Below the pieces are notes generated by a model. The model saw nothing but the letters and a program-made list of their open reading frames with translations, searched no databases and was not told the origin of the DNA. The position numbers and the translations under genes were made by a program. Positions 1 to 8,040 of a stretch of 15,822 nt of DNA are shown in pieces (the first letter of the stretch is position 1; the number at the start of each line of letters is the position of its first letter). The DNA is taken from the IMG/VR virus record IMGVR_UViG_3300028048_000107, positions 76,254-92,075 of that record, one strand, 5' to 3'. This DNA comes from a virus (taxonomy: Duplodnaviria; Heunggongvirae; Uroviricota; Caudoviricetes).

Positions 1-3000
1 AACTTATCAAAATCATCTATCAAGTATATAATGTTATTTTCTATTTTATCCAATATACTATTATAAATATATTCTTTAGTTTTTACCTTCCTAATACCAA
101 ATCTATTATCAGAACACTTAGCATACAAATTAGATAAACTAATTGTACCAAAACCTCTTTCCTCTTTAAGTTCTCTATAAGGATTTATTATTCTAACTGG
201 CTTATATATATTAGTATTATCAGTATTTATCTCATATATATAAGAATAATCTATATCTGAAGCAACATATGGAAATATTATTCCCCAATAATAAGGATCT
301 GCTAATTTATGAGCAAATAAAACTTCATCATTAGAAATACTACCATCAAATGATGCCAAATACTTCCACTCACCATCAGAGCCTCTAAATACAAAATTTG
401 TTACTCCCGAATCAGGTTCTGCTGAAGGATATATAGGAGAAATATTAGATGTTTTTGTCCCAGTAAGATTCAGAGAATATTTATTACCTTCTACATGTAC
501 AGTTACAGGTTTTGCATCTTTTCCTGGAGGCATATATGTATAACTATATTCTGTGTGAGTTATGTAATTAGCTCCTCCTCCAACATATAAAGGATATTTA
601 GAAGTATAATTATCTGTATCAGGACTACCAAATACAATAGTTTGAAATATAGGTTTTAAACTTGGATATCTATTAGAGGTTAGTTGATAGGTAATTGTTC
701 CACTATAAGCATCTCTAGTAAAATAAAAATAAACGCTGTCATAACTAAGCTTTTCTTTTTCTGAATAAACTATCCAAGGACAACCAGAACCATAAATAGG
801 ATAAGAATAATTATTATCTACATTAGGACTATTATCATCTTCTTTATGATAATTAATTAATCCTAACATACTTTTATTAGTTATAGGATCAATAACAAAA
901 TCATAAACTTCCTTACATGTTCCTCCACCTTGATAATATGAAGGAGATAATGGATCATATACTGTATGTAAATTAACGTCTAATATATCGGCACTCACAC
1001 CATCATATGCTTGTGTACCACCCTCTACAGTTCTTATCTTATCAAATCTATCTGAAAAAGGTAATTGAGTAAATGAAGCATAATAACATGGTGATTTTGT
1101 ATTAGACGTATGATGACTAAGCGTTATATGCCTATGCAAAGAACTTTCAAAAAAGAAATAGTTTAATCCAGCATCTATATATACCCAATCATCGTCTGTT
1201 GATAAATTTAATTCATCTACCAGCATTTTTACAGATGGCATATATGCTTGTGATATATAAGAACTTTCATCAAAATCCTTATAAATTAATTTGCTAAACT
1301 CCTTATAAGAACTTACACTATCATCATACATGCAAACATAATTATCTAGAGCAATAGGTATATTATGTTTAATACATGAGGCTTTCAGATCTAGATAAAA
1401 ATTATACAGTGTTTTTGAATATACAATCATAGGTATAAAGGCAACATTAAAAACATTATTTTCAAATGCCAAAATATCTGATGTCCATTTATCAATTAGA
1501 GATACTATCTCTGCCACTGTAAAACCATAAATACATAAAAATTCAAACCCATAGACAATTACTTGACCGCCACCACCAGTACCTCCAGCATAAAAAGTGT
1601 AAAAACTAGTCTCTAGCTCATCTAAAATACCTTTCTTAGTTAATAATGGGTATGTTATAGGTCTACTAAACACAGAAGCATGATTAAACCCAAAATCTAG
1701 AGGATAATAATTATTATCAAATCTTGGGTCAGCCCAAAATTTAGGCCCACCATATTTTGTCTCTTTATAAATAGAGTCATTGGCTATAAACCCAAACAAA
1801 CAAAGTATCCCTGTAAATCCTCTAACAGCAAAATAAATCCCATCTTCTATACCTTTCTTGAGAATAGATTCCATTAAAGCTTCATAATTTGTATCATAAC
1901 TTGGTTGTATTACATAATCAGGAGGTAATGTATAAGTAATCTCCTTATATTCCGCATTATGAAAATAAGCACCTAATTGAATACGTTCCCAAATAACGTC
2001 TGCAAAATACTCTGTAAGACAAAAATCACTACTACTAATAGGATATTTCCCCCAAAAAATATTATCAGGTAATTCTGTACATATAGCCATATTTCTAAAG
2101 TCATCAACAGAAGGGAAAGATTCTAAAATATATTTTCTACAATCATAATATTGTATTCTATCTCCATAACCTTTAGATTCAATATACTGAACAATAGTTA
2201 AATCATTGCTACTTAAATCACCAGTCAATGATTGTACATATGCTTCATTAGTTATAATATTATCAACTACATCACATAAACGTAAAAATGAAAAATCATA
2301 AAATTTAACATAAAAATCATATTCAACAGCATCTTCATAATCACTATCAATATTACTTAAAACATCAACTATATTTGGTGAATCCCATGGATTAAAATAA
2401 TTATATAAATGCTCTGCCCCAATTAAAATATAGTGCCTAGTCTTAAATGGGTAAGCCTTACTAAATGCTTCCATATCACTAACATCATCATAATCGCTTA
2501 TACCTAAACTAGTATTCCACTCATGCATATAGGTGCTCATACTGTAAATAAAACCATGAATATCAGATCCATTTTTCAAAGAACTATAAAGTCCATAAGC
2601 TTCTAGATAGTGTTCGGATGAGCCATGAGGCATTGGAGGGCCAAAAGCAAATGTACTTACAATATCTGGGTAAGTATATACAAAAACGCCATTCTCTTTA
2701 CGAGGCCCTTTACGAGATGTCATAACACACTCATCAAAATCATGCTTATATCCAATATCAATATAATCAATATCATTTCTCTCTACAGCGTCATCAAAAG
2801 GTATTCTTATTGTAGATCCATATTTACTATTTAAATACTCTGGACTTGTACATAAATCCCACTCATTTAATCCTACATGATATCTTGTATAAAAATCAAC
2901 TAACTCATCGCCAATAAGATCAAATCTTTTATTATTTGCTCTGCCATATTCAAAAGCTACGCCATCAGAAACTTTATATTCAAAAATTTCAAAATCTGGT

Positions 3001-3983
3001 AATGGGTGTTCAAAAGATAAATCTATACCTTTCTTACTAGTATGTTTTATATACCATCTTAACCATATATATCCTGTTGTATACCATCTTAAAGTATCAG
3101 TAGCATTATTATCAAGACCTGCTTGAAACATAGATACAGAACCAGCTGTAGCCAACAACCCGTCTTTACGTGTATCATCAGCACCTGCTATAAGTTCAGC
3201 AGTACCTTCAATAAAATATTTAGGCAATTTAGCGTTAAACCCAGAAATATTAGCTGACATTACACCGTGTACTAATTCATGACATAATGTACGATCTAAA
3301 AACATGTTTGAACCTGCATAAGAATTTGCTTTGCCATTAGGATTTGTTAAATCCATATCTCCATATGCTGCTGGATTGGTATTAACAGCACACTCCATCT
3401 TATTAGTCTTAAATGTTGTTGTATCATAATATGACCTTACATATGCCATAATAATAGCTCCACCGCTAGAAGGAATATTATCTAACTGTATAGGCATTGT
3501 TGTAACAAATGAATTCTCATCAAACTTTAACCCATAAGCTTGCTCGACTAAATCAAAAGCACCTTTTAGCCACCACTTACTCATACACTTCATAATAAAC
3601 TGTCCAGATGGATTTAAGCTATTATATGGCGGATAAGTAACTGTAAGACCATTTATTACCTCAGTAGATGGAGGAACTACTAGTTCAGACACATCACCTT
3701 CTGGTACTATATCATATTTATCTAGTACTGGGCCACCAGAAGCATCAAAACCAACTATTGATCCAACATCATCATTTTCTAAATCTATATTACAACTATC
3801 CCATAAAAAAGCTTTGGGACTTGATGCTGACTGTATATCAGCAACAATAGCATCTGATACAGACTGTGCTGTAGGAAATTCACCATTAGAACAAAAATCA
3901 ATAGCTAAATCTAGTTTATTATCTGTTGGAGGCAATTCCACTAATTTTGCCATTAACTGTTTTAATTTATCTTGTGGTTTCAA
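1..3983 (-). CDS. Large putative virion/tail-associated protein (>=1327 aa, 3' end beyond window) with N-terminal gluzincin-type zinc metallopeptidase domain; absent from supplied ORF track
   Basis: Hand translation from TTG at 3983 (RBS GGGGGAGGT just upstream) is stop-free to position 1: MKPQDKLKQLMAKLVELP...WWLKGAFDLVEQAYGLKF...LDRTLCHELVHGVMSANISGFNAKLPKYFIEGTAELIAGADDTR...YPLYVGGG...NFVFRGSDGEWK...IDDFDK. HELVH at 3267-3281 (H235-H239); third ligand E259 in IEG. Distal motifs resemble the neighbouring 332-aa protein. Function is inferred. Confidence 0.9.
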   Translation of the reverse strand, partial: MKPQDKLKQLMAKLVELPPTDNKLDLAIDFCSNGEFPTAQSVSDAIVADIQSASSPKAFLWDSCNIDLENDDVGSIVGFDASGGPVLDKYDIVPEGDVSELVVPPSTEVINGLTVTYPPYNSLNPSGQFIMKCMSKWWLKGAFDLVEQAYGLKFDENSFVTTMPIQLDNIPSSGGAIIMAYVRSYYDTTTFKTNKMECAVNTNPAAYGDMDLTNPNGKANSYAGSNMFLDRTLCHELVHGVMSANISGFNAKLPKYFIEGTAELIAGADDTRKDGLLATAGSVSMFQAGLDNNATDTLRWYTTGYIWLRWYIKHTSKKGIDLSFEHPLPDFEIFEYKVSDGVAFEYGRANNKRFDLIGDELVDFYTRYHVGLNEWDLCTSPEYLNSKYGSTIRIPFDDAVERNDIDYIDIGYKHDFDECVMTSRKGPRKENGVFVYTYPDIVSTFAFGPPMPHGSSEHYLEAYGLYSSLKNGSDIHGFIYSMSTYMHEWNTSLGISDYDDVSDMEAFSKAYPFKTRHYILIGAEHLYNYFNPWDSPNIVDVLSNIDSDYEDAVEYDFYVKFYDFSFLRLCDVVDNIITNEAYVQSLTGDLSSNDLTIVQYIESKGYGDRIQYYDCRKYILESFPSVDDFRNMAICTELPDNIFWGKYPISSSDFCLTEYFADVIWERIQLGAYFHNAEYKEITYTLPPDYVIQPSYDTNYEALMESILKKGIEDGIYFAVRGFTGILCLFGFIANDSIYKETKYGGPKFWADPRFDNNYYPLDFGFNHASVFSRPITYPLLTKKGILDELETSFYTFYAGGTGGGGQVIVYGFEFLCIYGFTVAEIVSLIDKWTSDILAFENNVFNVAFIPMIVYSKTLYNFYLDLKASCIKHNIPIALDNYVCMYDDSVSSYKEFSKLIYKDFDESSYISQAYMPSVKMLVDELNLSTDDDWVYIDAGLNYFFFESSLHRHITLSHHTSNTKSPCYYASFTQLPFSDRFDKIRTVEGGTQAYDGVSADILDVNLHTVYDPLSPSYYQGGGTCKEVYDFVIDPITNKSMLGLINYHKEDDNSPNVDNNYSYPIYGSGCPWIVYSEKEKLSYDSVYFYFTRDAYSGTITYQLTSNRYPSLKPIFQTIVFGSPDTDNYTSKYPLYVGGGANYITHTEYSYTYMPPGKDAKPVTVHVEGNKYSLNLTGTKTSNISPIYPSAEPDSGVTNFVFRGSDGEWKYLASFDGSISNDEVLFAHKLADPYYWGIIFPYVASDIDYSYIYEINTDNTNIYKPVRIINPYRELKEERGFGTISLSNLYAKCSDNRFGIRKVKTKEYIYNSILDKIENNIIYLIDDFDK

Positions 3984-4002
3984 TTATACCTCCCCCCTTA
4001 AA

Positions 4003-5001
4003 CTAATTTTCTATTTCAATACAAAAATATGAATTATTACTCCTAGTATTGCCTGCATCAAATACCATATATTGCTTATTATCTAAAACTACAATTTGTT
4101 CTGCAGCTACATCTCTTGTACCAGAAATCCAATAAACATTACGTAACAATCCATTCATATCCACAGGATTAGTAGTCATTAAAATAACAGGTATAAGTAA
4201 AAAATCAATATTCTGAACTGAATCTTCTGCATAATTAGGCACTAATGCCTTATTATTACAAATATATGGAAACATATGACCTTGAGTAGTTGCACTAATA
4301 TTTTCTGAATAAGGCATCTCAAAAGATCTCCAAACACCATCAGCTCTTCTAAGCCAACCTGTATTATGAGTAGGAAATACAAAAGAACTAGTTAAGGTAT
4401 CTGGATAAAACCCACCTAAAAATTCTGTTTTATCTGTATCTGGATTGTAATATTCTTTTGATATTGTATTATTCCCTGCTACATAAGCTGGGTAAGGGAA
4501 CTGCTTTTCACTAGATATTGGTGAAAGTAATCCAACATGAAATGATTGATAATCAATACTTAATCTGCAAACAACTATAATTCTATAAGTATTTATAAAT
4601 ATAAAATATGTAAAATTCTCACTATCAACTAAACTAAATGTTGGTATAGCATACAGCCCACCAACAGGTACAAATTTTGGCTGTCCTGTATTCTCGTCCT
4701 CATATGTTTTATTCCACTGCATGATAGAACCAGGTTGTTCCCAATAATACAAATCGCTATCATAACCAGCAGACATATCTAATATCATCTGTCTAGGTTC
4801 TTCAGGGTCTATAGTAAAATTAACATATATATTATCGTTACTATCACCCACACCATGTAACATAACACTATTTCTACGTGTCACACCTTTATAAGTGGCA
4901 TTACCAGAAGCTACTACCGTCCACTGCTCAGTAGCAGCAGTATCTACAATTACATCTAACAAATCATATAAATTATCCGCTATTCCAGTAACGTAGGCCA
5001 T
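4003..5001 (-). CDS. Putative virion structural (tail-associated) protein, 332 aa
   Basis: Long ORF with RBS GGAGGGTGG; start abuts the upstream stop (TGA-ATG). N-terminus MAYVTGIADNLYDLLD..WTVV and YPAYVAG / LRRADGVW motifs resemble, from memory, virion proteins that follow tape measures in some siphoviruses. Confidence 0.7.
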   Translation of the reverse strand: MAYVTGIADNLYDLLDVIVDTAATEQWTVVASGNATYKGVTRRNSVMLHGVGDSNDNIYVNFTIDPEEPRQMILDMSAGYDSDLYYWEQPGSIMQWNKTYEDENTGQPKFVPVGGLYAIPTFSLVDSENFTYFIFINTYRIIVVCRLSIDYQSFHVGLLSPISSEKQFPYPAYVAGNNTISKEYYNPDTDKTEFLGGFYPDTLTSSFVFPTHNTGWLRRADGVWRSFEMPYSENISATTQGHMFPYICNNKALVPNYAEDSVQNIDFLLIPVILMTTNPVDMNGLLRNVYWISGTRDVAAEQIVVLDNKQYMVFDAGNTRSNNSYFCIEIEN

Positions 5002-5184
5002 TCAACTATCACCACCCTCCATCTTATGGAAAGAAAAAGCAATTTTTATTACTTTACCCTTCAACATAGGCAATTTACGAATATCTTCTTCTGTAGGTTC
5101 ATGATCAAACACAACAGTACCAGTAATATTTGTTGCTGTACCATCACCTAAATCACAAGTAACATTAAAATGTGTATTATACAT
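5002..5184 (-). CDS. Hypothetical protein, 60 aa
   Basis: ATG with RBS AGGAG, own consensus promoter, stop abuts the next start codon. Confidence 0.75.
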   Translation of the reverse strand: MYNTHFNVTCDLGDGTATNITGTVVFDHEPTEEDIRKLPMLKGKVIKIAFSFHKMEGGDS

Positions 5185-5215
5185 AAAATAACACTCCTAA
5201 ACTCGATTTACTTTC

Positions 5216-5244
5216 ATTATAGCATATTTTAAGGAATTTGTCAA
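5216..5244 (-). promoter_or_regulatory. sigma70/sigmaA promoter for the 60-aa gene and downstream tail genes
   Basis: TTGACA (5244-5239), 17 bp, TATAAT (5221-5216), with extended TG. Confidence 0.85.
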
Positions 5245-5265
5245 GCCCCTAAACTAAAAATAAAT

Positions 5266-5308
5266 ACAAAAATAGGGGAGATAACTCCGAAGAGAAACCT
5301 CCCCTATT
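5266..5308 (-). terminator. Intrinsic terminator ending the five-gene operon
   Basis: AATAGGGGAG...CTC-TTCG-GAG...CTCCCCTATT followed by TTTGTATTT; cUUCGg tetraloop; lies 10 nt after the exon 2 stop. Confidence 0.8.
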
Positions 5309-5318
5309 TCTAATACAA

Positions 5319-5471
5319 TCACATGTATCTTGACTTCCAAATGCAGTATACTTTCGTATCTTTTGCATCTGGGTCATCAATATAAGCTTTAGCCATATTT
5401 AAATATGTTTTAGTATCTTCACCTAATATTTTACTAAAATCTGAATGTAACATATTAAGTAAATAGTACCA
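5319..5471 (-). CDS. Exon 2 (50 aa + stop) of the IStron-interrupted conserved phage hypothetical protein (148 aa spliced)
   Basis: TGG TAC TAT... gives WYYLLNMLHSDFSKILGEDTKTYLNMAKAYIDDPDAKDTKVYCIWKSRYM*. It begins right after the terminal G of the element, has no start or RBS of its own, and joins in frame to ...KYNKFD of exon 1. Confidence 0.9.
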   Translation of the reverse strand, partial: WYYLLNMLHSDFSKILGEDTKTYLNMAKAYIDDPDAKDTKVYCIWKSRYM

Positions 5472-5612
5472 CTGAAACCTCTCACGACTAAAGTCGCGAG
5501 GTTCTTAGAAATTACTCTCTAAGCTTTCTTTCATAAGAAAGATTCTCGGTCAATGACTCTATCGAGCCAAGTCTCTCCGAGCTAACCCCGTAAGTCCTAC
5601 GGTTTTTATATT
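5452..5612 (-). ncRNA. Predicted TnpB omegaRNA (reRNA): scaffold to 5472 plus guide from exon 2 (UGGUACUAUUUACUUAAUAU)
   Basis: After the tnpB stop: AACCGTAGGACTTACGGGGTTAGC...GAATC...GAACCTCGCGACTTTAGTCGTGAGAGGTTTCAG, the typical IS605 right-end/omegaRNA layout. The 5' boundary is uncertain and may overlap the end of tnpB. Confidence 0.75.
5481..5500 (-). repeat. IS200/IS605 right-end subterminal hairpin
   Basis: CTCGCGAC-TTTA-GTCGTGAG, 9 nt from the element end; matches the left-end hairpin at 16/20 positions. Confidence 0.8.
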
Positions 5613-6785
5613 TTACGCTAATTTTAAACCCTCATTTAAAATGTTTATTGAAGCATTTATGTCTCTATCATGCTGTGTTTTACAACTTGGACATGTCCAC
5701 TCTCTTACATTAAGATTTTTTGTGTCCTCATTCTTATATCCACATACATGACATGTTTGACTTGATGCAAAGAATGTATCTATTTTAATTAGTTTCTTAC
5801 CATACCATTCACATTTGTATTTAAGTATTTCTACAAACTTACTCCAAGATACGTCTGAAATCGCTTGTGCAAGTTTATGATTTTGTAGCATATTCTTAAC
5901 CTTAAGCGTTTCTAAGCAAATAATATCATAAGTTCTTACTAATTCAGTAGTATACTTTTGAAGAAAATCTTCTCTCATATGTCTAATATGTTCATGAAGT
6001 TTTGCTACTGCTAACTTATTCTTCTTCCAACGATTACTACCAATTGATTTTCTTGATAATGCCCTTTGAAGTTTTTTAAGTCTTTTTAGCTCTTTCTTCA
6101 AAAACTTTGGATTTTCTTTCTTTGCTCCATCAGAAGTTATTGCAAAATCCTTTAGACCTAAATCTATACCAACTTTCCTATTAGTTTTTGGCAATGGTTC
6201 TAATACTACATCAGTACAACATATTGATACATAATACTTTCCACTTGGTTCTTGTGAAATAGTTGCATTCAATATTCTACCTTGTAATTTTATCCTATCT
6301 CTATACCTAACTTTACCAAGTTTAGGTAGTTTGATATATTTACCAATTACTTCTATACTATTATTAGTAAAAGTTGTCTTGTAAGATTTCCAGCCATCTT
6401 TCTTAGATTTAAATTGAGGATGACCATTAAGGTCAAATCTTGTAGGCTCTCTCCCAATCTCAACTAAATGTGCTAATTTCTTTGGGGTATATTTTGGCCC
6501 TTCCTTTTGAATCTTGAAAAATCTATCATATGCTTCACTAAGGAACTTAGTAGCATTTTGCAATGCCCACTTATCTGGCTCTTTAAGCCAAACAAGTTCC
6601 TTCTTTAATTTAGTAAGTTCCCTACTCAATTTAGCATACCCAAAACCTTTTTCGCCAGACTCAAAAGCCTTTTCCTTTCTATCTAAGAAATGATTGTAAA
6701 CGTATCGAGTACAACCAAAAGTCTTTTGCAATAATATTTCTTGTTCTTTTGTTGGATATATTCTGACTTTAAATGCTTTTTCCAT
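5613..6785 (-). CDS. tnpB: RNA-guided endonuclease TnpB (IS200/IS605 family), apparently intact
   Basis: N-terminal KAFKVRIYPTKEQ...FGCTRYVYNHFL; RuvC-I VGIDLG, RuvC-II LETL, Zn ribbon CHVC/CPSC, RuvC-III DRDINAS; RBS GAGGTG. Confidence 0.97.
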   Translation of the reverse strand: MEKAFKVRIYPTKEQEILLQKTFGCTRYVYNHFLDRKEKAFESGEKGFGYAKLSRELTKLKKELVWLKEPDKWALQNATKFLSEAYDRFFKIQKEGPKYTPKKLAHLVEIGREPTRFDLNGHPQFKSKKDGWKSYKTTFTNNSIEVIGKYIKLPKLGKVRYRDRIKLQGRILNATISQEPSGKYYVSICCTDVVLEPLPKTNRKVGIDLGLKDFAITSDGAKKENPKFLKKELKRLKKLQRALSRKSIGSNRWKKNKLAVAKLHEHIRHMREDFLQKYTTELVRTYDIICLETLKVKNMLQNHKLAQAISDVSWSKFVEILKYKCEWYGKKLIKIDTFFASSQTCHVCGYKNEDTKNLNVREWTCPSCKTQHDRDINASINILNEGLKLA

Positions 6786-6806
6786 TGTACTCTCACCTCG
6801 AAATAT

Positions 6807-6835
6807 AGTATAACATATTTTGAGCCAAAAGTCAA
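6807..6835 (-). promoter_or_regulatory. Intron-internal promoter for tnpB/omegaRNA
   Basis: TTGACT (6835-6830), 17 bp, TATACT (6812-6807), extended TG, about 20 nt above the tnpB start. Confidence 0.75.
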
Positions 6836-6859
6836 GTAAAATATAAAAACCTTTGTCGT

Positions 6860-7284
6860 GTTTTGTGAGGTTTGTCGTTCCTGTAAAAGCGTTACCCCTT
6901 ACAGAGTTCTCTTATGAACTTCCTGTAGATTTCCTACAGGCACAGACTATATCTTATCCATGCCACAAAATAAATTTGTAGTTTAGGTCTATTTATGTCC
7001 CTAGCACTTACTAGGTACTTCCCTCAAGAGGAATAGTCGTTGAACTAATTTCTTAGCTACTGATTGTCCATTTTTTAACATTTAGGATTTAACCTTATGC
7101 TATGCAGTTAATTATTTTTATTTTCATAACCTACATTTAGATTTAACTGCCTTTAGGAGTTTCCAGTAATTAAAATAGTATTGCATAGAATAATATTCTA
7201 TGACTATGTACTTATTTCTAAATACACTGACTAGTTTGTTCGCCTAACTCATGACTGAATTCACGAGTGTGCGGCTCACAGTTA
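6860..7284 (-). ncRNA. Group I intron catalytic core, subgroup IA2-like
   Basis: P AATTACTGGAAACTCC, Q GGACAATCAGTAGC, R GTTCAACGACTA, S AAGATATAGTC. P7 GACUA/UAGUC, P3 CUAUUU/AAAUAG, P7.1 and P7.2 hairpins, P9 with GAAA loop. IGS GUCAG (7231-7227) pairs with exon UUGAU including the U.G pair; P10 ACUA/UGGU. Confidence 0.93.
7248..7267 (-). repeat. IS200/IS605 left-end subterminal hairpin, located in the intron P1 loop
   Basis: CTCGTGA-ATTCAG-TCATGAG, 17 nt inside the element; sequence-similar to the right-end hairpin. Confidence 0.75.
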
Positions 7285-7578
7285 ATCAAACTTATTATAC
7301 TTTAAGTTTTGAGAGTTTAATAGTTGAGTTGTTTGAGATAAATCCCAATGCTCACCTTTTGTTCCGTCTACGTTATCCATCTCTGCAACAGCGTATTTCG
7401 ATAAATTTTCACTAAAATGCTTTCCAAATATTGCTTCATGTACTGTTAACATTGCTTTTACATATGCATCTTGATTAACATATCTCATTTCCCCTATGCT
7501 TTTCATGACAGCATCGTAAAACTTCTTCTGCAAAGTTGGATTGCCCTCAATTGCTTTCCAATATTCCTTTTCTTCCAT
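7285..7578 (-). CDS. Exon 1 (98 aa) of IStron-interrupted conserved phage hypothetical protein
   Basis: The track's 98-aa ORF ends TTT GAT|TAA, where TAA is the first 3 nt of the intron. The spliced product reads ...GTKGEHWDLSQT...KYNKFDWYYLLNMLHSDF..., a continuous motif I recognise from gut-phage hypothetical proteins (from memory). Confidence 0.9.
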
Positions 7579-7580
7579 GA

Positions 7581-8021
7581 TTAACTTACCCTAAATATTG
7601 TTAACGTACCTGCTAACAATGTACCTGCTTGCCCCAAAAATTTAACTTCTAATGATGCATTATTATTTACCATAGGACAAGATGGTTTAACCTGTACTAT
7701 AGTTTGAAAATTTATATTTGCAATTGCTGTATCCGCAATAGAAGTTGCTCTTGCTTGGGCATTAGGTATAGCAATGCCATTATTATACAATTGAAAGGAG
7801 AATGTGCCATCACTAGAATCCACAGTAGATGCTGCACCAGTATTATAACCAGTAGCATTAAATTCTACTACATAATATCCTGGTCTTGTTATACTTACTA
7901 CTGGTGTTCCAGCTACATGAGTTATTTTACAACAAGAATCTACATTGTTTGTATTAAATACAACACTATCTCCAGTGTTTAGAGAAACACCTAAATCACT
8001 TATAGTATATGTTTCTAACAT
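7581..8021 (-). CDS. Hypothetical all-beta protein, 146 aa (possibly a BclA-CTD/C1q-like jelly roll)
   Basis: RBS AAGGAGG; alternating beta-strand pattern (GYYVVEFNA, FSFQLYNNG, INFQTIVQV, LTIFRV). Fold is a guess. Confidence 0.75.
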   Translation of the reverse strand: MLETYTISDLGVSLNTGDSVVFNTNNVDSCCKITHVAGTPVVSITRPGYYVVEFNATGYNTGAASTVDSSDGTFSFQLYNNGIAIPNAQARATSIADTAIANINFQTIVQVKPSCPMVNNNASLEVKFLGQAGTLLAGTLTIFRVS

Positions 8022-8040
8022 TACTTTATTACCTCCTTAC

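Larger units (their letters stand above)
5472..7284 (-). mobile_element. IStron: group I intron / IS605-family (tnpB-only, non-autonomous) chimera, 1813 nt
   Basis: Inserted immediately 3' of TTGAT; ends ...GGTTTCAG (omega-G). Subterminal hairpins at both ends are 16/20 identical. Contains a group I core, then tnpB, then an omegaRNA-like right end. Precise removal restores a reading frame. Confidence 0.92.

Noticed and set aside
1625-3035. KKGI motif three times in the large ORF
   Set aside because: Four-residue match with unrelated flanks; compatible with chance in AT-rich coding DNA.
4003-4005. Stop-codon reassignment (TAG/TGA recoding as in some gut phages)
   Set aside because: Long genes are uninterrupted in code 11. 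TAG ends the 332-aa gene right before the next RBS, and read-through hits TAA after 11 codons without fusing frames.
2625-4032. Plus-strand ORFs 2625-2834, 3668-3850 and 3814-4032
   Set aside because: Antisense shadows of the >=1327-codon minus-strand gene; no RBS or promoter and no protein-like features.
1-5001. Diversity-generating retroelement target in tail genes
   Set aside because: No reverse transcriptase and no TR/VR pair differing at adenines was noticed in the window.
6786-7284. tnpA gene or remnant upstream of tnpB
   Set aside because: The interval is accounted for by ribozyme helices and a promoter; no HUH/Y1 ORF is visible.
7282-7578. 98-aa ORF treated as a complete gene
   Set aside because: Its stop is the first codon of the intron; the frame continues at 5471.
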